Source: Heterodontus francisci (lineage: Eukaryota). Taken from it: a stretch of DNA of 64,000 nucleotides. The notes below the pieces were generated by a model. That model made no database searches. It was given only the letters and a program-made list of their open reading frames with translations, and was not told the origin of the DNA. The translations under genes and the position numbers were made by a program. Positions 11,410 through 24,655 of the stretch are shown piece by piece. Position 1 is the stretch's first letter; each line of letters starts with the position of its first letter. The stretch is from NCBI RefSeq assembly GCF_036365525.1, contig NC_090387.1:5780375-5844374 (forward strand), read 5' to 3'.

Positions 11410-12555
11410 CGAAGTCTGGACAGAGTAGAGAGAGAGAGAAACTGTTCCCATTGACAGAAGGGTCAAGAATCAGAGGGCATCAACTAAGGTGATTGGCAAA
11501 AGAACCAGAGGCGGTATGAGGAAAATGTTGTTACGCAGTGAGTGTTTAGGATCTGGAATGCACTGTCTGAGAGTGTGGTGGAGGCAGGTTCCGTGAGTGT
11601 TTAGGATCTGGAATGCACTGTCTGAGAGTGTGGAGGAGGCAGGTTCAGTGAGTGTTTGTTTAGGATCTGGAATGCACTGTCTGGGAGTGTGGTGGAGGCA
11701 GGTTCAGTGAGTGTTTGTTTAGGATCTGGAATGCACTGTCTGGGAGTGTGGTGGAGGCAGGTTCAGTGAGTGTTTGTTTAGGATCTGGAATGCACTGTCT
11801 GGGAGTGTGGTGGAGGCAGGTTCAGTGAGTGTTTGTTTAGGATCTGGAATGCACTGTCTGGGAGTGTGGTGGAGGCAGGTTCCGTGAGTGTTTAGGATCT
11901 GGAATGCACTGTCTGAGAGTGTGGTGGAGGCAGGTTCAGTGAGTGTTTAGGATCTGGAATGCACTGTCTGAGAGTGTGGTGGAGGCAGGTTCAGTGAGTG
12001 TTTGTTTAGGATCTGGAATGCACTGTCTGGGAGTGTGGTGGAGGCAGGTTCAGTGAGTGTTTGTTTAGGATCTGGAATGCACTGTCTGGGAGTGTGGTGG
12101 AGGCAGGTTCCGTGAGTGTTTAGGATCTGGAATGCACTGTCTGAGAGTGTGGTGGAGGCAGGTTCAGTGAGTGTTTAGGATCTGGAATGCACTGTCTGAG
12201 AGTGTGGTGGAGGCAGGTTCCGTGAGTGTTTAGGATCTGGAATGCACTGTCTGAGAGTGTGGTGGAGGCAGGTTCCGTGAGTGTTTAGGATCTGGAATGC
12301 ACTGTCTGAGAGTGTGGTGGAGGCAGATTCAGTGAGTGTTTGTTTAGGATCTGGAATGCACTGTCTGAGAGTGTGGTGGAGGCAGGTTCAATCGTGGCTT
12401 TCAAAAGGGAATTGGATAATTATCTGGAGAGAGAGAATTTGCAGGCCATACGGAAAAGGCAGGGGAGTGGGACTAGATGAGTAGCTGTTCCAGAGAGTCG
12501 GCATGGTTGTGACGGGCCGAATGGCTTTCTGTGCTGTAACCATTCCATGATTCTA
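11410..12555 (+). mobile_element. CR1 3' fragment with an internal tandem expansion
   Basis: CR1 ORF2 C-terminus before (GAGAAACTGTTCCCA...TTACGCAG) and after (ATCGTGGCTTTCAAAAGGGAATTGGAT...) the array. Confidence 0.85.
11538..12390 (+). repeat. CR1-derived 55/59-bp minisatellite, 15 copies
   Basis: Unit GTGAGTGTTT(GTTT)AGGATCTGGAATGCACTGTCTGRGAGTGTGGTGGAGGCAGGTTCM; eight 55-bp and seven 59-bp units. Confidence 0.96.
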
Positions 12556-12899
12556 ATTAAATGGGAGATGGTAATTTTTTGCTTGACAAGGTTATAAAAG
12601 GATATGTTGCCATGGCGGGTCGATGGAGTTAACTCACAGATCAGCCAAGGTCTCATTGAACAGCAGAACAGACTCGAGGGTCTGACTGGCCTACTCCTAT
12701 TCCTATGATCACAGAACTATTTGACCTGTATGTCTTGGTTCCTCCATCAAGCCTGTAACAGGGCAGATATGTAATGAAGCCTTGCAATATTTCTACTGGA
12801 GGGACTGGGGTTGTGGATTTTAAAACGCAGCACAAGCTGAACTTAATTTTTGCTGAAATAAACTCCATGTGTGTGTTTATGGTTTGTTTTCTCCCTCAG

Positions 12900-13001
12900 G
12901 GATGTGTGTGAAATGCAGGAAGGGAGTTTACGGAGCAAGCCAAGCCTGTCAAGCCATGGGCAATCTCTACCACACCAACTGTTTCATCTGCTGTTCCTGT
13001 G
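12900..13001 (+). CDS. WTIP: WTIP coding exon (exon 2 by homology), LIM1 start: (G)[33 protein letters not shown]
   Basis: Polypyrimidine/cag acceptor and gtgagt donor; 102 bp; reading phase compatible with the next exon; LIM CxxC...HxxCxxCxxC pattern. Confidence 0.96.
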
Positions 13002-13089
13002 GTGAGTAACCCACCTCCCCATTACCCATTTCATTGTGGTGATTCCCTTGTGTCCACATCTGCACTCTCGTTTCTCCATCGCTCCTGTG

Positions 13090-13610
13090 CAGTTACAATT
13101 ATACAAAGCTCCGGTGAGACCACATCTGGAATATTGTGTACAGCTCTGGGCAACTCACCTGAGAAAGGAATGAGTGCAGAGCAGATTCAGTAGAATGTTA
13201 GCAGGGCTCCGCGAGTTGGATTATGAGCAGAGATTACATTGACTAGACTTGTATTCCTGGAATATAGAAGGTTAAGAGGTGATTTGATCAAAGTTTTTAG
13301 GATTTTGAAAGGAATTGTAAGTGTAGATAGAGAGAAACCTTTTCTGCTGGTGGGGGAGTCATAATCTTAAAATCCAAGCCAGGCCCTTCAGGATTGAAGT
13401 TAGGAAACACTTCTTTACGTAAAGGATGGTGGAAGTGTGGAATTCAGTTAATCAGTTTAAATCTGCGAGCAATAGATATTTTTTTCTAGACAAGGGTATA
13501 AATGGAGCCAAGGTGGGTGGAAGGAGTTAGGGTACAGATCAGTCATGGTCTCGTTGAAAGATGGAACAGACTCAAGGGGCTGAGTGGCCTCTTCCTGTTC
13601 CTATTTTCTA
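13090..13610 (+). mobile_element. Degenerate CR1 3' fragment
   Basis: GGTGAGACCACATCTGGAATATTGTG... through a CR1-type tail. Confidence 0.7.
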
Positions 13611-13894
13611 TAATTTACTTTTCTCTTCCCCCTCGCGCCCACCACGCCACATCACTGTTCCAGTCTAGCTATCAGGAGATGACGGACTCCCAATAGTTTT
13701 ATGAGGGAGGCCGCGTGAGATGAACTCCTCCTCAGCCAGGAGGGAGTGTCCGCCTAGACTGTGTGTTCAAGTCCTAAAGTGGGGCTTGAACCCACAATCC
13801 TCTGGCTTGGAGACGAATGGGTAAGTTGATTTTAAGACTTACTGAGCATCTGTTAATATTGAAGCTGTTTCTCAGCATGCAGCAGTGATAGAAA

Positions 13895-14145
13895 AAGAAA
13901 GACTGATATTTCTGTAAAACCTTTCACAATCCCGGGATGTCCCAAAGTGCTTTACAGCCAAGTCAATACTTTTTGAAGTGTAGTCGCTGTTGTAATGTAG
14001 GAAAGCCACCAATTTGTGCACAGCAAGCTCCCACAAACAGCAATGAGGTAGTGAGGAGATAATCTGTTTTTTTTTAGTGATGTTGGATTCAGAGATAAGT
14101 ATCGAGCAGGACACTGGGGAGAACTCCCCTGCCCCTCTTCGAAGT
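13895..14145 (-). mobile_element. SacSINE1-like DeuSINE 3' half
   Basis: Reverse complement of the Deu body and tail seen at 6900-7160. Confidence 0.72.
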
Positions 14146-15085
14146 GTGTGTGTGTTTATGCTCCACATGAACCTCCTCCCACCCTATTTCATTGCACCCT
14201 ATCACAATACCCTTCTATTTATTTCTCCCTCATGTGTTTATCCAGCTCCCCCTTAAATGCATCTGTTTTATTCACCTCAACCACTCCATGTGTTAGTGAG
14301 TTCCACATTCTCACCACTCTCTGAGTAAAGAAGTTTCTCCTGAATTCCTATTGAATTTATTGTTAACTATTTTATATTTACATTTTGGACAGGTCTTATC
14401 TACATCCTATCAAACCCATCACAATCTCAAAGACCTCTATTTGATCACCCCTCAACCTTTTTTTCCGAGAAAAGAGCCCCATCCTGTTAAATCTTTCTAG
14501 CTAGTTCGAACCTCTCAGTTGTGCTATGATTTCGATGTGCAGTTTCCGTCTCCTTACCTAAAGAACCACATACTTGCCCTAGAGGAATTGCAACAAAGGT
14601 TCACTAGACTAATTCCTTGGATGAGGCGATTGTTTTATGCGGATAAATATTTCCTAGAGTGTAGAAGAATGAGAGTGAACTAATTGAAACATGGAATTCT
14701 GAAGGTGACGAGAAATTCCTTCACTCAAAGGGTTGTGAATGTTTGGAATTCTCTACCCCAGAGAGCTGTGGATGCTCATTGGTTGGACATATTCAAGAGT
14801 ATTCAGGGATATGGAGATAAATGGAGTTGAAGTAAATGATCAGCCATGATCTTGTTGAATGGTGGAGCAGGATTCAAGGGGCCGAATGGCCTCCTCCTGC
14901 TTTTGTTTATGTTCTTAGTGCAAAAAAGATTTGCATTTCTCCAGTGCCTCTATTTCCTTTTTGTAACATGAAGATCAGGATTGTTCACCGCACTTCGGGT
15001 GTGGTCTAAGCAAGTTTCTTTGTAGGAAGTGTGGTTACACACAGTGAATTTACAGGGTCAGAGTGGGAGGAGCTCCAAGTAAATT

Positions 15086-15931
15086 AGATTGGAGAGTTGG
15101 GCAGAGAAATGGCAGATGGAGTTCAATCAGGGCAAATGCGAGATGATGCATTTTGGAAGATCCAATTCAAGAGTGAACTATACAGTAAATGGAAAAGTCC
15201 TGGGGAAAATTGATGTCCAGAGAGATTTGGGTGTTCAGGTCCATTGTTCCCTGAAGGTGGCAAGGCAGGTCAATAGAGTGGTCAAGAAGGCATACGGCAT
15301 GCTTTCCTTCATCGGACGGGGCATTGAGTACAAGAGTTGGCAGGTCATGTTACAGTTGTATAGGACTTTGGTTCGGCCACATTTGGAATACTGCGTGCAG
15401 TTCTGGTCGCCACATTACCAAAAGGATGTGGATGCTTTGGAGAGGGTGCAGAGGAGGTTCACCAGGATGTTGCCTGGTATGGAGGGCGCTAGCTATGAAG
15501 AGAGGTTGAGTAGATTAGGATTAATTTCATCAGAAAGGCGGAGGTTGAGGGGGGACCTGATTGAGGTGTACAAAATCATGAGAGGTATAGACAGAGTGGA
15601 TAGCAAGAAGCCTTTTCCCATAGTGGGGGATTCAAATACTAGGGGTCACGAGTTCAAAGTGACAGGGGAAAAGTTTAGGGGGGATATGCGTGGAAAGTTC
15701 TTTACGCAGAGGGTGGTGGGTGCATGGAACGCATTGCCAGCGGAGGTGGTAGACGCGGGCACGATAGGGTCTTTTAAGATGTATCTAGACAGATACATGA
15801 ATGGGCAGGAAGTAAAGAGATACAGACCCTTAGAAAATAGGCGACAGGTTTAGATAGAGGATCTGGATCGGCGTAGGCTTGGAGGGCCGAAGGGCCTGTT
15901 CCTGTGCTGTGATTTTCTTTGTTCTTTGTTC
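15086..15931 (+). mobile_element. Young 5'-truncated CR1 LINE
   Basis: Uninterrupted 254-aa ORF2 C-terminus; (TTCTTTG)n tail; 6-bp TSD TAAATT at 15080-15085 and 15932-15937. Confidence 0.93.
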
Positions 15932-16184
15932 TAAATTCCTCCATTTGATTCCTAACCTTGCACTTTGACCCAGTCTTTAGATCAGTGGTAGAATTCCCAC
16001 CTAAGAGTCAGAAGCTGCAGGGTTGGAACCCCATTCCAGATAGTCCCAGCTCGGAATTCCAGGGTGACATCCTGCGGGATACCCCTATCTGGTTGGTTCG
16101 GGTTCTTATTAAACCCTGCTGCCATTTTGAACTAATTCCCCTATCGGCTGGTCACGGCTGTAGTTCAGGTTGTGAATTATGGCA

Positions 16185-19100
16185 CAGAAAGAGGCCATTC
16201 AGGCCATCGAGTCTGTGCCAGCTCTCCGTAGAGCAATCTAATCAATCCTGTTTCCCCGCTCTATCCTGTAACCCTGCAAGTTTATTTCCTTTGAATGTCC
16301 ATCCGATTTCCTTTTGAAGTCAGTGATTGTCTCCACTTCCACCACCCTCGTAGGCAGAGAGTTCCAGGTCATTACCACTCACTGTGTAAAAAAAATTCTT
16401 CCTCATATTCCCCCTGCCCCCTCTTACCCAAAACCTTCAATCTCTGTCCCTAGTCCTTGTACCAGCAGTTAATGGGAACAGCTTTTCCTCGTCTAACTTA
16501 TCTCAGCCTGTAATTATCTTGTAACACTTCTATTAAATCTCCCCTCAATCTCCTTTGTTCTCAGGAGAATGAACGCAGCTTTTCCACCTTAACCTTGTAA
16601 TTAAAATCCCCCATCCCTGGAACCATTCTGGTAAATCTCCTCTGCATCCTCTCAAGGACCCTCACGTCCTTCCTAAAGTGTGGTGACCAGAACTGGACAT
16701 AGTACTCTATTTGGGGCCTAACCAGAGCTTTATAAAGGTTCAGCATAACTTCCCTGCTTTTGTACTCAATGCCCCTATTTATGAAGCCCAAGATCCCACA
16801 TGCTTGACTAACCACTCTCACAATATGTCCTGTCGCCTTCAAAGATCGACGCACATGCACCCCACTCTTTAGAACTCTACCATTAATATATATATATTGT
16901 CTCTCCCTATCCCTTTTGTCACAATGCATCACCTCACACTTCTCTCTATTAAATTCCACCTGCCACCCCTCTGCCCATTCTGTTAGATTCTCTTTGTCCT
17001 GTTGTAGGCAGTTCATATCATCCTCACTGTCTGCCCCTCCTCCAAGTTTGGCATCATTGGCAAATTTTGAAATTTTACTCTCTCTTCCAATATCCAAGTC
17101 ACTTATATATAGCAAAAAACAGCAGTGGACCGAGCACTGACCCTGGGGGAACACCACTATCTACCATCCTCCAGTCTGAAAAACAACCATTTACCACAAC
17201 TCGCTGTTTTCTGTCCTTAAGCCAATTTTTATCCAAGCTGACACTGACCCTCCTATTCGTGAGCCTCAATTTTGTTAACCAGCTTTTTATGTGGTATTTT
17301 GTCAAATACTCTCTCAAAATCCATATAGACAACATCCACTACATTCCCTGAATCAACTTTCTCTGTTACTTCATCAAACAATTCAATTCGATTAGACTAG
17401 CACGATCTGTCTTTTACAAATCCGTACTGGTTCTCCTCAACCCCTCCAAGCGCCTGTTGATTTTTTTCCCTCATTATTGTTTCTAAAACCTTACACACCA
17501 TGATGTTAAAATAACTGGGCTGTAGTTATTCGGACTGTCCGTACAATTAAACACATACTTTGGTTCTGTCTTCACAAAGGAAGACACCAATAACCTCCCA
17601 GAAATGTTAGGGAACCAAGGGTCTAATGAGAGGGGGGGATCTGAAGGAAATCAGTATTAGTAAAAAAAAAAATAGTGCTAGGGAAATTAATGGGGTCAAA
17701 TCCCCAGGGCCTGATAATCTACATCCCACAGTACTAAAGGAAGTGGCCCTGGAAATAGTGGATGCATTGGTGATCATCTTCCAAAATTCTATAGACTCTG
17801 GAGCAGTTCCTACAGATTGGAGGGTGGCAAATGTAACCCCACAATTTAAAAATGGAGGGAGAGAAGAAACAGGGAACTACAGACCAGTTAGCTTTACATC
17901 AGTAGTGGGGAAAATTCTAGAGTCTGTTATAAAGGATGTGACACCTAGAAAGCATAAAAGGGCAAAGTCAGCATGGGTTTACGAAAGGGAAATCATGCTT
18001 AACAAATCTTCTGCAGTTTTTTGAGGATGTAACTAGTAGAATAGATCAGGGAGAACCAGTGGATGTGGTGTATTTGGATTTTCAGAAGGCTTTTGATAAG
18101 GTCCCACATGAGATTGGGGGTAATATACTGGCATGGATTGAGAATTGGTTGACAGACAGGAAACAGAGAGTAGGAATAAACGGGTCTTTTTCCTGGTGGC
18201 AGGCAGTGACTAGTGGGGTACTGCAGGGATCAGTGCTTGGGCCCCAGCTATTCACAATATACATTAATGACTTGGGTGAGGGAACTAAATGGAACATTTC
18301 CAAGTTTGCAGACGACACAAAGCTGGAGGGGGGTGGGGGGGATGGTGGTGGTGGGGAATGTGAGCTGTGAGGAGGTTGCAAAGAGACACCAATCTTTTTT
18401 GGACAAGTTGGGTGAGTGGGCAAATGCATGGCAGATGCAGTTTAATGTGGATAAATGTGAGGTTATCCACTTTGGTTGTAAAAACAGAAAGGCAGATTAT
18501 TATCCGAATGGCGACAGATTGGGAAAGGGGGAGGTGCAACGAGAACTGGTGTCCTTGTACACCAGTCGCTGAAAGCAAGCATTCAGGTGCAGCAAGCAGT
18601 TAGGAAGGCGAATGGTATGTTGGCCTTCATTGCAAGAGGATTTGAGTACAGGAACAAGGATGTCTTACTGCAGTTATACAGACCCTTGGTGAGACCACAT
18701 CTGGAGTATTGTGTGCAGTTTTGGTCTCCTTATCTGAGGAAGGATGTTCTTTCCATGGAGGGAGTGCAATGAAGATTTACTAGGCTGATTCCTGGGATGG
18801 CAGGATTGTCGTATGAGGAGAGATTGGGTCGACTAGGCCTATATTCACTAGAGTTTAGAAGAATGAGAGGGGAACTCATAGAAACCTATAAAATTCTAAC
18901 AGGACTAGACAGGCTAGATGCAGGGAGGATGTTCCCGATGGCTGTGGAGTCCCAAACCAGGGGTCACAGTCTCAGGATACGGGGTATGCCATTTAGAACC
19001 GAGATGAGGAGAAATGTCTTCACTCAGAGGGTGGTGAACCTGTGGAATTCTCTACCACAGAAGGCAGTGGAGGCCAAGTCATTAAATATATTCAAGAAGG

Positions 19101-21380
19101 AGATAGATATATTTCTTAATGCCAAAGGGATCAAGGGATATGGGGAGAAAGCAGGAACAGGGTACTGAATTAGATGATCAGCCATGATCTTTTTTGAATG
19201 GCGGAGCAGGGCCGAATGGCCTACTCCTGTTTTCTATGTTTACACCATTTCTTGAATGAGGGTGTGACATTTTCCCCTCTCCAATCCTCTGGCACCTCCA
19301 CCGTATCCAAGGAATATTGGAAGATTATGGAAAGCCCTTCTGCTATAAGTACATACGAATTAGGAGCAGGAGTAGGCCACTCGGCCCTTCGAGCCTGCTC
19401 CGCCATTCAATAGGTTCATGGCTGAACTGATTACTCCACATTTCCACCTACTCCCGATAATCTTCCACCCGCTTGCTTATCAAGAATCTATCTACCATAT
19501 CTATCTCCATCCCCACTTCCTTTAACAACCTGGGATACAAGCCATCCAGACCAGGAGACTTATTCACTCTAAGCATAGCCAGCCTCTCCAGTATCTCCTG
19601 TGTCTCAATTTTAACCCCATTCATTACTTATAGTCCGCTTCCACCGATATTTTGTCAGCATCCTCTTTCTTAGTGAACACTGATACAGAGTACTCATTAA
19701 GTATTCTAGCCTTGCCCTGAGTCTCTAAGCATATATCACTCTCTTTGTCCCTACTGAGTCCCACCCTGCCTCTTACTGCCCACTTACTATTTCCATGCCG
19801 GTAGAAGGATTTTTGGGTTCCCTTTTATGTTAACTGCCATTCTATTCTCATTTTCTCTTCACCTGACATGCATTGTGTACTCTCTTTTTATTTCATCATA
19901 TTCTCTATCTCCCTCTGCAATGAAGGAGCCCTCGTTTTGCTTCCCCTGCCTTTCCCCCTTTTTGGAATGTACTTGGCCTGTACCTGAAACATCTCCGTAA
20001 AGAACATCCATTGTTCCTACAGGTAAATCTTTAGTTCCATTTTACGCTGGCTCGATCCCCTGTCATCCCAATGAAGTTAGCTCTCTTCCAATTTAGAAGT
20101 TATACTTTAGATTGTTCCTTGCTCTTTTCCATTACTAATCTGAACCTTATGGTATGGTGATCACTCTTAGCCAAGAGTTCTCCTACATTCCCCAACACCG
20201 GATTCAGCAATACCTCCTCCATTGTTGGACCGAGAACATATACTGGTCAAGAAAGTTCTCCTGAACATATTTCAGAAATTTCACCCCCTTCTTACCCTTT
20301 TGTCTAACGTTACCCCAATTGATATTTGGGAATTGAAGTTCCTCACTATCAGCACTCTATAGTGCTTGCAGATCTGTGATATCCCTGCAGATTTGCTCCT
20401 CTTTCTCTCTCTCTGCTCACTATTCGGAAGCCTATAGAAAACCCCCAATAGGGTGATTATCCCCTTTTTGCTTCTCAACTCTAACCAAATGGATTCTCAA
20501 GGACATCCTCTCTTTCCAACACTACAGTGTCTTCTCTAATCAGTACTGCCAGCCACCTCCCTTTCTTCGTTCTCTATCTTTTCTGACCACTGTGTCCTTA
20601 AATATTAAGCGCCCGGTTCTCACCATTTTTAAGCCATATTTCTGTTATTGCCTCCACACCATATACCCACACGGCTATCTGTGCTTTTAGCTCACCAGCC
20701 TTATTCACCACACTTTGTGTGTTTACATAAATGCACTGTAATCCTGTCTTTATATTCCCAGAAGTTTTTCTTAGTCTGCTCCTGTTTAATATGGAATTAC
20801 TCCCTTCTCTAGTCGTATCTAACACTCTCACCTTATGCATCTTATTTATCTTTTCTACTCCTATGTGCTGGTGCCCACCCACCACACCCCCCCCCCCCCC
20901 CCGCCAATTTAGTTTAAAACCTCCCCAACCACGCTAACAAACCTCCCCACGAGGGCATTGGTGCCAGTCCTGTTGAGGTGCAACCTGCCCCTTTTAAATA
21001 GGCGCCTCCTGCCCTAGAACTGATCCCAATGCCCCAGGAATCTGAAACCCTCCCTCCTGCACCTCAAGCCACGTATTGATCCTCCATCTCTTCCTATTTC
21101 TGCTCTAACAAGTGCATGGCACTGGGAGTAATCCAGAGATTACTACCTTTTGAGGTCCTATTTTTTAACTTCCTCCCATGGCACCTGATCATTGGACCTC
21201 AATACCTGCCCTCTCTCTGTCATTGGTACCGATGTTTACCACAACTTTAGGTTTACTGCCTTCCCTCTGTAGAACATTCTGCACCTTAGCACCAGGGAGG
21301 CAACACATCATGTGGGACTCTCAGTGAAGTTTACAGAAACGCCTGTCTGTCCCCCGGAATCTCCAATTTCACTGCATTTC
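16185..21380 (-). mobile_element. Old near-full-length CR1 (ORF1 remnant, endonuclease, RT, 3' tail), interrupted by younger CR1 copies
   Basis: RT and tail at 16185-17544; it resumes at 19241 (VPEDWR..NVTP..KK); endonuclease motif CIYVNTQSVVNK..EL...AITEIWL near 20640-20740; ORF1-like remnant near 20930-21380. Confidence 0.78.
17545..19240 (+). mobile_element. 5'-truncated CR1 LINE nested in the older CR1
   Basis: Frameshifted RT ORFs ([29 protein letters not shown]) and TTCTATG tail. Confidence 0.92.
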
Positions 21381-22042
21381 TACTCTTCGCTGTTCCCTCC
21401 TGTGCAGTCCCTTACAGCAACCCTTCCTTTGGCTTAGTGTCCAGTTATTGTCTCGTATTCCTGTGAAAATTCTTCGGATGGTTTCCTTCGATAAGGTTGT
21501 TGTATAAGTTGTTGCAGAGTTGGGGAGAAGGGATTTCATCCTTCTGTTAACGAACGGTGGGGGTTGGGGGGGTGGTGGTGTGGTTATTGCAGCAGGTTGT
21601 GGAGGGAACTGGCCACCTTTACCTTCAAATTTCCTAACTTTTGTCTCCAGCCTGTTTAGCTGAAAGAGGGAAGGGCAGTTGAGGTGGTTCCAAGAAGGTC
21701 GAGGCTCGAGAAGGAACGTGGCAGCAATGAACAAGGGTCTAGGGTCCCTGGACTGGAGCCTGGGTAGGGATGGAGGTGGGGGAACAGGTTCAGAGAATAG
21801 TCTCTGTGGGGCTGGGAGAGAGGAAGAAAAGAATATTCAGATGAGGAACAGGATGACTTTGTGCAGTCTGTGTAATGTGAGAACAGCAGCAGGGTTTGAA
21901 CATTCTGCTGTTTACTCTGGGGTTGGCATTTGGGCTTCAGATGCAATGAGTTGAATATTTGATTCAGCTCTGAGATTGTATCCATTCTGGAGTGACCTGA
22001 GGCCAAAACGATCACCCCAGGATCTGTGATGATCTGTTTCCA

Positions 22043-22519
22043 CCCCTGCGTCTGCCTGCGCCCCCCCGCCCCTGCGTCTGCCTGCCCCCCCCCGCCCCTG
22101 CGTCTGCCTGCCCCCCCCCCGCCCCTGCGTCTGCCTGCACCCCCCCCGCCCCTGCGTCTGCCTGCCCCCCCCCCGCCCCTGCGTCTGCCTGCCCCACCCC
22201 CGCCCCTGCGCCTGCCTGCCCCCCCCCGCCCCTGCGTCTGCCTGCCCCCCCCCCGCCCCTGCGTCTGCCTGCCCCCCCCCCGCCCCTGCGCCTGCCTGCC
22301 CCCTGCGCCTGCCTGCCCCCTGCGCCTGCCTGCCCCCTGCGCCTGCCTGCCCCCTGCGCCTGCCTGCCCCCTGCGCCTGCCTGCCCCCTGCGCCTGCCTG
22401 CCCCCTGCGCCTGCCTGCCCCCTGCGCCTGCCTGCCCCCTGCGCCTGCCTGCCCCCTGCGCCTGCCTGCCCCCCGCGCCTGCCTGCCCCCCGCGCCTGCC
22501 TGCCCCCCGCCCCTGCCCC
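22043..22519. repeat. GC-rich compound minisatellite (~25-bp units changing to 17-bp CCCCCTGCGCCTGCCTG)
   Basis: Directly visible tandem repeat. Confidence 0.93.
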
Positions 22520-22879
22520 TCGTGTTGAAACAGTAAATCTGTATTGGTGGAGAGTATCTCCTGTTTAGACGGAGAGATTAAAGATTAACTGGAGGCCGGT
22601 CTCCTGTTCCAATCAGACTGTGTGAAGTTTGTGTTGGAGACCATGTCAGCTCAGCTTTTAACCCTTTAGTTGCTGAGCTGGAGTCACTGAATATATCGCA
22701 GTGTATGTATGCAGTTCACTTACTTTCCTTCAATTGGCCTCCCTCCCACTTCCTCCTCTGCTCCCCTCCTCAAGATGCCGATTTCTTCCAAGGACGCTGG
22801 CAGCTGACTATTCAGCAACGAGGGCATTACAGCTGAGCCAACCCCCTGCTAACCTGACGCCCATATACAAAGAATTCAC

Positions 22880-23285
22880 AGCATATCAACATATCCTTCT
22901 ATTCCTTTGCCCCTTGTATGTTCATCCAGCTTCCCCTTGAATGTATATATTCGATTCACTGCCGCTCCCTGTGGGAATGAGTTCCACGTTCTCGCTATTC
23001 TCTGGGGAAAGAGGTTTTTCCTGAATTCCCTATTGGCTTTATTAGTGACTGTATTTATAGCTCCTAGTTTTGGTCTCCCTCACAAGTGGAAAGAATATCT
23101 CTACATCTATCCTATTAAATCCTTCGTAATCTTAAAGACCTCGATCAGGTCACCCCTCAACCTGTCCTTTTTTAGAGAAGAGACCCAGACTGTTCATTGT
23201 TTCCTGATAGTTATAACCTCTTAGTTCTGGTATTGTCTGTGTAAACCTTTTCTGCACCTCCTTCAGTGCCTCCCTATCCTTTTTG
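22880..23285 (-). mobile_element. Degenerate CR1 3' fragment
   Basis: Reverse complement of CR1 ORF2 C-terminal sequence. Confidence 0.68.
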
Positions 23286-24314
23286 CACATTGCAGCAGGG
23301 CTCAGCTGAACCCCTCCCCCACATTACTGCTCCCAAAGTTCAGGGGTGTTGAGCCCGAATTGACTCCTTCCTATAGTTGTCTCAATGGGGACTATCAGAT
23401 CAAGCTTGGAATCTCTCCTGCTACCTCAATTCCCCAAAGTCATTGATAAAAACAATTCCTTCCTCTACTTCAAAGATTAAACTTTCTAGAGAGGGAGATG
23501 TTCGTAGGTTTAAGGCATTTTTTGTATTTTCTCTTTTTGTTTTTGCTCCATGTTGCATTTTAGCCACGATCTAATAGAACAGGCTCAAGGGGCAGAATGG
23601 CCTGGTTGGTTACGTCCTCTTTTCTCTGCTCGCTGCCATCAGTCGTTCAGTCCAGTTGCTCTGTGTCGTCAGCCAGTTCAGGAGTGAGAGTCCTTGTGTG
23701 ATTGGTGTCCCTGGTTTAGCGGGTGCCTCCCGCACTATGTCGGGGCAGGAACTGGTTGAGTGAGTCCAAGGCTGGTGTGAAATGCAAACCTCATCCGTAC
23801 CCAGAGTTCTGGAAATGGAGCCGACCGCCCTGGGATTATTCCTCACTTCCATCCATCCATCAAAATTTTCACCCTTCCTGAAACTACCAACTCTCACTGA
23901 GGTGGGGACAGGGTGTGGGGGCTGATCTACAGACACCAGACCTTGGCATCTCTCCCATGTCCCGAAAAGCTTGCACACATGTGTACACACAGACACACCA
24001 ACACATAGCGCACTAGTTTCAGGCAAGCTATTATGTACAGTGATGGTTATGGGAGTTTCTGGGGAATTCCTTTGTTTTTAATTTTGCTCCAAGACACTTT
24101 GCTATGTGAGGTCTCCCAGGTGGATGGGCTGATGAAGGCAGTGAGTATCTGCAGGGACCTGGAATGTCGCAGCCTCCATCAACAAGCTGTGCTGATCGGA
24201 GCTGAGATTGTGGGAGAGACATTCTCACTCTTGGAGTTACTCCAGAAGCTTGAATGCAAATTCGATGCTGGACTCATCGTTTCTGTACTTTCTCCAGTGC
24301 CGTTATATCCTATT

Positions 24315-24655
24315 TGTGAAAAATTCCGGGGTATTATTGGAAGAAGAGCAGGGGAGTTCTCCCTGGTGTCCTGACCAGTATTCATCCCTCAACCAACACC
24401 TAAAAACAGGTTGGGGCAGAATCCGATGTCAGACAGGTTGCTCAGCACTCAGTACCCCATCCTCAGTTCCATTGACTGCAATAAAACAGGTTTCTTCCCC
24501 ATTATCTATTGATTATCACATTGCTGTCTATGGGATCTTGCTGTGCCCAAACTGGTTGCCTCGTTTCCTATATTACAAGAGGGACTGCACTTCAAAAGTA
24601 TTTCATTGGGTGTGACGTCCTGAGGTTGTGACAGTTGATATAAAAAGGCAGCTCT
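24315..24655 (+). mobile_element. SacSINE1-like DeuSINE fragment
   Basis: GAAGAAGAGCAGGGGAGTTCTCCCTGGTGTCCTG...ATCACATTGCTG...CTGAGGTTGTGA. Confidence 0.7.
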
